A stretch of DNA of 64,000 nucleotides from Amphiscolops sp. MND2022 (Eukaryota): NCBI GenBank assembly GCA_964187785.1, contig OZ076420.1, forward strand, positions 17,050,001-17,114,000, in the 5' to 3' direction. Every line of letters begins with the position of its first letter. The first letter of the stretch is position 1. This document shows, piece after piece, positions 58,643 through 64,000 of the stretch. The notes under the pieces were generated by a model, which had not been told where the DNA came from, ran no database searches, and saw only the letters and a program-made list of their open reading frames with translations. The position numbers and the translations under genes are program-made.

Positions 58643-60129
58643 TAATTTATTCGTATGATTTGAGGTTTCTAATTTTTTAACGGTATTTGTATTCGAAAGT
58701 TTTCATTTTTTCCAAATTTTGTATATTTTTACAACTTGAAATCAAAATTCACACCTGACTAACTGTTTAGCGAACTGCTTGAATTTTATATCAAGGTATT
58801 ATATATGGTTCTCAATTTCATTCAACGGCACTTTTCTGTCAGATGTTCACTCAATGGCAATTTTATTCCTCTCAAAACTTTCTCCAATAAAATTCTTAGA
58901 ATTTCAGATTCAGTCTAAGAATAAACTTTTTCCAAATTCTTCCGTTAAAAAATGAAAATGTACATTGCGTGAAAGTTGTGATGAAATTTGCCGTTACTTG
59001 AACGCGAAAGTTGTGATGAAATTTGCCGTTAGTTGAAATTTTTGTTGAAAGTGGTTTTTGTCCGTTAAACTAAGATTTTTATAATGTTTTCCGTGAATTT
59101 CGGCGGCGTGAAATGTGACTTTCCCAGTGGATCTTAATGTTATCTTCTGTGATTTTCTACCGTCCCTTATTGAAAGAAATTATCCCGCGTTTTGTACTCT
59201 GACCGATTGCAACGTTACATAATAGTTTCATCATTCAAAGATCACGGTCGAACGAAGCGACCAATCACAATTAAAAATTCGATTCAGCTCTGCTATAAAT
59301 TTATTCTGCATTACTACCGTTCTGTCAAGCAACCTACCACCGTAATCACGTTGTTACGTAATGGCAATTTATTGAGTAGATCCACACCTCGCCGAACTGG
59401 CCGCTGTAAATTTCAGTGGAGGAATGCTGGTTAGCGTAAATAACTTGCTTCTATTTCCTGGAGAAAAACTTTCTGTAAATATAGTTCGGGACAAAAAATG
59501 AGCCACTGAAAAGTTCTCCAACTAAATTTCAAACCCTCAATGGGGGTGACCTATCGTTTTTGAGGATTTCTGCTCAGAACAAAATCGAAAGCACCCTCTC
59601 TTAAGAAACTTCATACGTAAAAACTGGTGTTCAAAAAATTTGTTCACGCCTCATGTGATTTATTTCTAAGGTTATTCTTTTCCGACCCCACATTTTTCGA
59701 ATAGGGGAGGAAAATCATCGTTCGTGATAAGTTTTTTTCCAAATTTGACTCACCTGACTATTTTAGTTACTTGACTATTTTAGTTACTTGTAGTTACTTG
59801 ACTATTTTAGTAGCTAAAGTAGTCAAATAACTAAATCTCTGAGAGTGGGGAATAAAATCTAAAGTCAAAAAAGGGAGTAAGATCTATCGGGAATAAGATC
59901 TAAGATTTTAGGATGGGAATAAGATCTAAAGCGAATAAGATCTAAAATCACTGAATTTTAGATCTTATTCTTTAGATCCTATTCCCCCCTCCCAAAATAG
60001 CTATGGCTTAGTTGGTGAAGGCGAAAAGAGCGGAAAATATCCAGGTGTTTAGCGGGCGTGTTGTTGAAACATGCAATCTGAAAGAAGTTGAGTTCAATTT
60101 CTCTACCACTCTCCTACGCAAAATAAATC

Positions 60130-61500
60130 GCAACTCCGCAAGCCTTGTAGTCTTCCTGAAAGTACTGTAAACAGAAATTATAGGGCCCTGCAGAATGGAG
60201 TCCAGAGAGACATGGACTGGGACGCACCCCCGTTTTCGACGTCACTAACCGTAGGAGATTAAGCCGCCTTACTCTTGTGAATCCAACTGGATCCGCCGAA
60301 TTTATAAACGAAGCCAATTAAGAAAAGTGGTAAACATTCCAGTACCAGAACATTACAAAGAACACTCGCAAACATTGGTATTTGCAAAATTTTTCCGAAA
60401 AACGTCCCCGCAATCACTTTGACACAGGAGAAAAGTCGCCTGAAATTTTGTACAGAATAGAAACACTTCAACTTCGACGATGTTTTTATGACAGATGACA
60501 TCGTGTTTCAACTACATCGCAATACTTGTTTGGAGTTACCAAAGTTCACCAGAATCAGTGAAAAAGGGGCCAAAGTTTACTGTCAAATATATGGTTTCCG
60601 GTGCTCTTTCTTATAAGGGTTTTTAGTCTGCGCTTTTCGTAGAAAACGCAGACTATAGCAGTGACTTTTCGTTTTTTTAATACCAACGAAGTGACAGATT
60701 TTATAAGCTTGCTTTATAAGCTGGCTTGCTCTAACACCAACTGCCACACTACTTCTGGCACTTGACATAGAGGTTAATTAGGCTTTTTTGATGTCTACCA
60801 AGCAGAAGGACGTGGGTTCGAGTCCCGCCCTTGACCAAAATTTTTTTGTGCAGGTTATTTCGGCTTTGTGAGACTTTTTTTTCGCAAATTGTTTGTCTCC
60901 AAAGGGTTTGAGTTTTACATTTTTTTGGCACTATGCAACTTACCGGAGACCAGAAAAATTTCGGTAAATTTTTTCAATTTTTCCTCATGCGGGTACTGTA
61001 GTAGAGAATACTTGAAACTTTGAAGTCCTTTTACTATTTTTGAACCTTAGATATGGCGCAGACTTGGGCCGTTCCCGGATTGTTATCTCAATGTTGTGGA
61101 AGGAAATGGAACAATAAATACTTCTGCATATTATCCGAGAGTTCATTCCGTATGGCAATGCTTTGTTCTAAGATGGCTGTATCCTGGAAGAAGATGGCGC
61201 GACTCCCCATACGGCATAGGATACAAAACAATTTTTCATCTGAAACAATTCGCAGGTTTCGCAGTGGCCAGCTAATTCCCCAGACCTGAGGCCTATTGAA
61301 AACGCTAGGCAGATACTCAAACGACATGAAAAAGCTTGCCCAATATCGAAAGCTGAATTACGAGAAAAAAATCTGGAATCTCAACACATTGATACAGCCG
61401 ATATTAGAAGACATTTGATAAACTCAATCCAGGAACGTGTTTTCCAATGTTACCATAAGCAGAGGGAGTTTGTTTGACCGTAATATAATTGTCTATACTC
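60130..61500 (+). pseudogene. Tc1-family (DD34E) transposase remnant interrupted by a HINE
   Basis: GRTPVFDVTNRRRLSRL (HTH region), RLKFC...VFMTDD, EEDGATPHTA...WPANSPDLRPIEN with 34 residues between D (61193) and E (61298); stops present. Confidence 0.85.
60620..61084 (-). mobile_element. HINE-like family 1 variant with AGTCTGCG subterminal repeats
   Basis: TAGTCTGCGCTTTTCGTAGAAAACGCAGACTA hairpin; distal GGCGCAGACTTGGGCCGTTCCCGGATTGTT; internal GGTTCGAGTCC B-box. Confidence 0.75.
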
Positions 61501-62253
61501 GTTTCCGCTGTGTATATTTTCAGCTCTATTAACATTAGTTGTTGAGGAAAAAAAAACGTTTTTATCGGCTCATTTTTTCTCGCGAACTGTTTGCTTTCTC
61601 AGTTGATTTCTAAGGAGCATAACTTACGTCACAGAAGGCTTACCTGCGTCGTACTTTGACATACATAATTGATTTGGTTTTCGATCTTAAACCGTAAATT
61701 CGTCAAGTTTCGAATGTCTTAAGGACTTGGCTTGCTTTGGGCAATTCTAATATTTAGAGCTTGAACTTCGTAAGGATTTTAGAATAACTGCCGCTTAAGC
61801 CACAGGTGAGAAGTTTTCCGACTCTCTGTTTTCCTCCAAAAATAGAAAATATCGCACTACCACTGTGCTTTATGCACTTTTCGTCAATTGATGTTAAGTC
61901 TAGACTGGTCCAACTTTTGAGAGAAATGGTTACCAGACAAAAGCGCCCCAGTCATGAACGCCCCAATTTAAGGTGACTGGCGCTACTACTATTTAAACGA
62001 CTATGTTACATACTACTACCTAAGCGTTCCAGCTTAATTTTTTCTGTCAATTTGAAATATTTTCTAACAACCACAATATGATTGAACCTCATCATCCTAA
62101 TAATTTTGGGAATATACAAATCACAATGATGAATGATAAATTTCTAAGAAGTGATAATGACTCTAAGATGCAATAGTTCAATGTTTGAGTGTAATGAGTT
62201 TGAAGAAGTTTGCCGTAGACTTTCAACAGAAATTGTGATTCCATAAAATCAGT

Positions 62254-63900
62254 TCAGATTTCCGGTTCCAAGAATTTCAGGTTGGACACCATCTTCTCTG
62301 TGAAACAAAGAGTTGGTTTGCCTTCGAAGTACCGCCCGTACAACTCATCCACAAATATGTTCACTTCCAACCTTCGTAGTCCGTGTGAACACATCAGCGG
62401 AAACCGGTAGTACAGCAGATAGTTCTCATATTTGCTATCAACGTGGTCGGTTCCTTTACCAAAGGTGTGTACGGGATTGCTGTGCAGAGTCGAATTATGT
62501 AGGGTCGATCGAAAGATGTACAAAATTATCTAGGATCGAAAGAGGTAAAAATTTCATTTATATTATACCATTGCTTATAGTGCCATGTAAAATTCAATTC
62601 TAAATTCGACTCTGGAGAGGCAACTCGTGTGTACTATGTTGACGAGAAGTGAAATTGATGTACTACATTGGATCCCGGATGTGAGAAACCCGTCTATAAG
62701 AATACCCGTACAATCATTGCGTATTCTGGCCCGACTGCCAATTTAATTCCTTTCAGAACCCATATACAAGAAAGTTCGATTGTAAGAAACGCCATTAGTC
62801 GTTCTGCTGACGCTGATTATATCCGGAATCCATTGTATCAATCTTTTTTTACCAAAATACGTGAATTCATTTGGTTTCCCTAAAGAGTAGGCATAGTTCT
62901 GCAGGTATTGGATTAAAGTAATGATTTAAGGGTTGTTTGATTTTCAGCTTGATTTCAAAAACATCCTGTTACTGAGTTCGCAAAAAACCCGATTTTTTTC
63001 AGAAGCACACACCCTTAGTATCAGGATCTACACATTCTTCGGGCACGTCGAATTTGTTCCAAACTTTATTCCATATTTCTTCCACGATTTCAGTGACTTC
63101 TTCTTTGTCCCTAGTTGTCAGGTCTCTTGGGTAGGACCCCGCGTCGTATATTTTGAAGTCCGACAGCTTTGTGTGGAAAGATTTTAGGTTTTTCAGCCTG
63201 AAATAAAAGAAAACTTTCTTGAAATGTCACAGCGCTTGGGTGTTGGGTCGAATTGGGCAAAACCGGTATCTTATTACCAACGTTGTTCTACATGAAATAA
63301 CCTTTGAGTCGATTATTTCTCTGACATTTTCTGATTTTAAAATGTTACGTTGTTTCGAATGTTTGAAAAGGCGTTTTTAGTCGACGCATTCTGTAAGATG
63401 TGTGCCGACTACTATTGCAGTGAGTAGTTTTTTTCTCCTGACCACAGAGCTCACACTGAATAGTCCACTTTTTACAGAATTTCGCGGCAAAATCCCAACA
63501 CTTTGAGTTAGTATATATGGTTAGTATACATATTCCGCAAACAGAAGGTCGTGAGTTCGAGTCCCGTTCGGAACCAATTTTTTTCATGTTTCAAACTGTA
63601 AATAGAATCAAAGGACCCTCTGGGTTTTTTGCCCCGACCAAATTTCTGGAAAAAAATGTGTTTTTTCAGCCCTAATTGGGGCGCCGACTCGAGACGATCT
63701 CGTTTTGTTGTTGGCTTTACTCACCTGAAGTTGCCCCTTAGGTGTTCGTATCCTTTACTCTTCCTGCAGAAGTAGGAGTAGATTCGTTCATCGGGCTTGT
63801 CGTAGCTTTTGTAGTAGCGAAGCAGCTCCATTTCGTCACCGGCACATGGAGTTTGATCTGAGGTCACTTGACTGAATATCTGGACGAAGGCTTCGGATTC
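62254..63900 (-). CDS. Partial gene of unknown function continuing beyond the window; clear exons 63900-63725 and 63197-~63013, likely terminal exon ~62481-62254
   Basis: Exon 63900-63725 has a TTCAG acceptor and CAG|GTGAGT donor and joins in phase 2 to 63197 (ESEAFVQIF...GNFR|LKNLKSFHTK...EIWNKVW). The 3' exon linkage is unresolved. Confidence 0.55.
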
Positions 63901-64000
63901 CTGAACACAAAGAAAAACTGTAATCAGGTGCTAACTATGAACGTGTTCTTTTACAGCAAAGGCAGGATCGTTGTCTGAAGGCACAACGTTTCATTTAACT

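Noticed and set aside
28420-63575. Functional tRNA genes
   Set aside because: A/B boxes are present but I could not form acceptor and anticodon stems, and all lie inside repeats.

Overview
AT-rich, repeat-dense animal (invertebrate-type) nuclear DNA; the species cannot be determined from the sequence. Host genes recovered by hand-splicing are CDK7 (3 exons), a DNAJB12/B14-type co-chaperone (6 exons), MRPL12 (3 exons), an intronless adenosine-kinase-like PfkB gene, and two partial minus-strand genes of unknown function. Bases 1-18.8 kb are a transposon nest: decayed CRE and CR1/L2-type LINEs, a hAT element with an 8-bp TSD that contains a Penelope-like fragment and foldback elements, and a ~6.9-kb tandem duplication whose junction sits beside a 176-bp perfect palindrome. 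A young full-length BEL/Pao LTR element (34348-41464), a Tc1 remnant, hAT MITEs and three Helentron/HINE-like families fill the rest. Main unexpected signals: (1) 4 of 9 introns in the three homology-supported spliced genes need GC-AG boundaries, plus 2 more in a tentative gene; (2) one ~170-200 nt multi-hairpin cassette sits at the centre of several foldback elements with unrelated arms; (3) the BEL LTRs end TA...TA rather than TG...CA, and both in-frame stops are TGA at conserved Trp positions; (4) HINE-like elements carry tRNA-like cassettes and show co-varying subterminal repeats. All gene models and alignments were done by eye and need RNA-seq and database confirmation.
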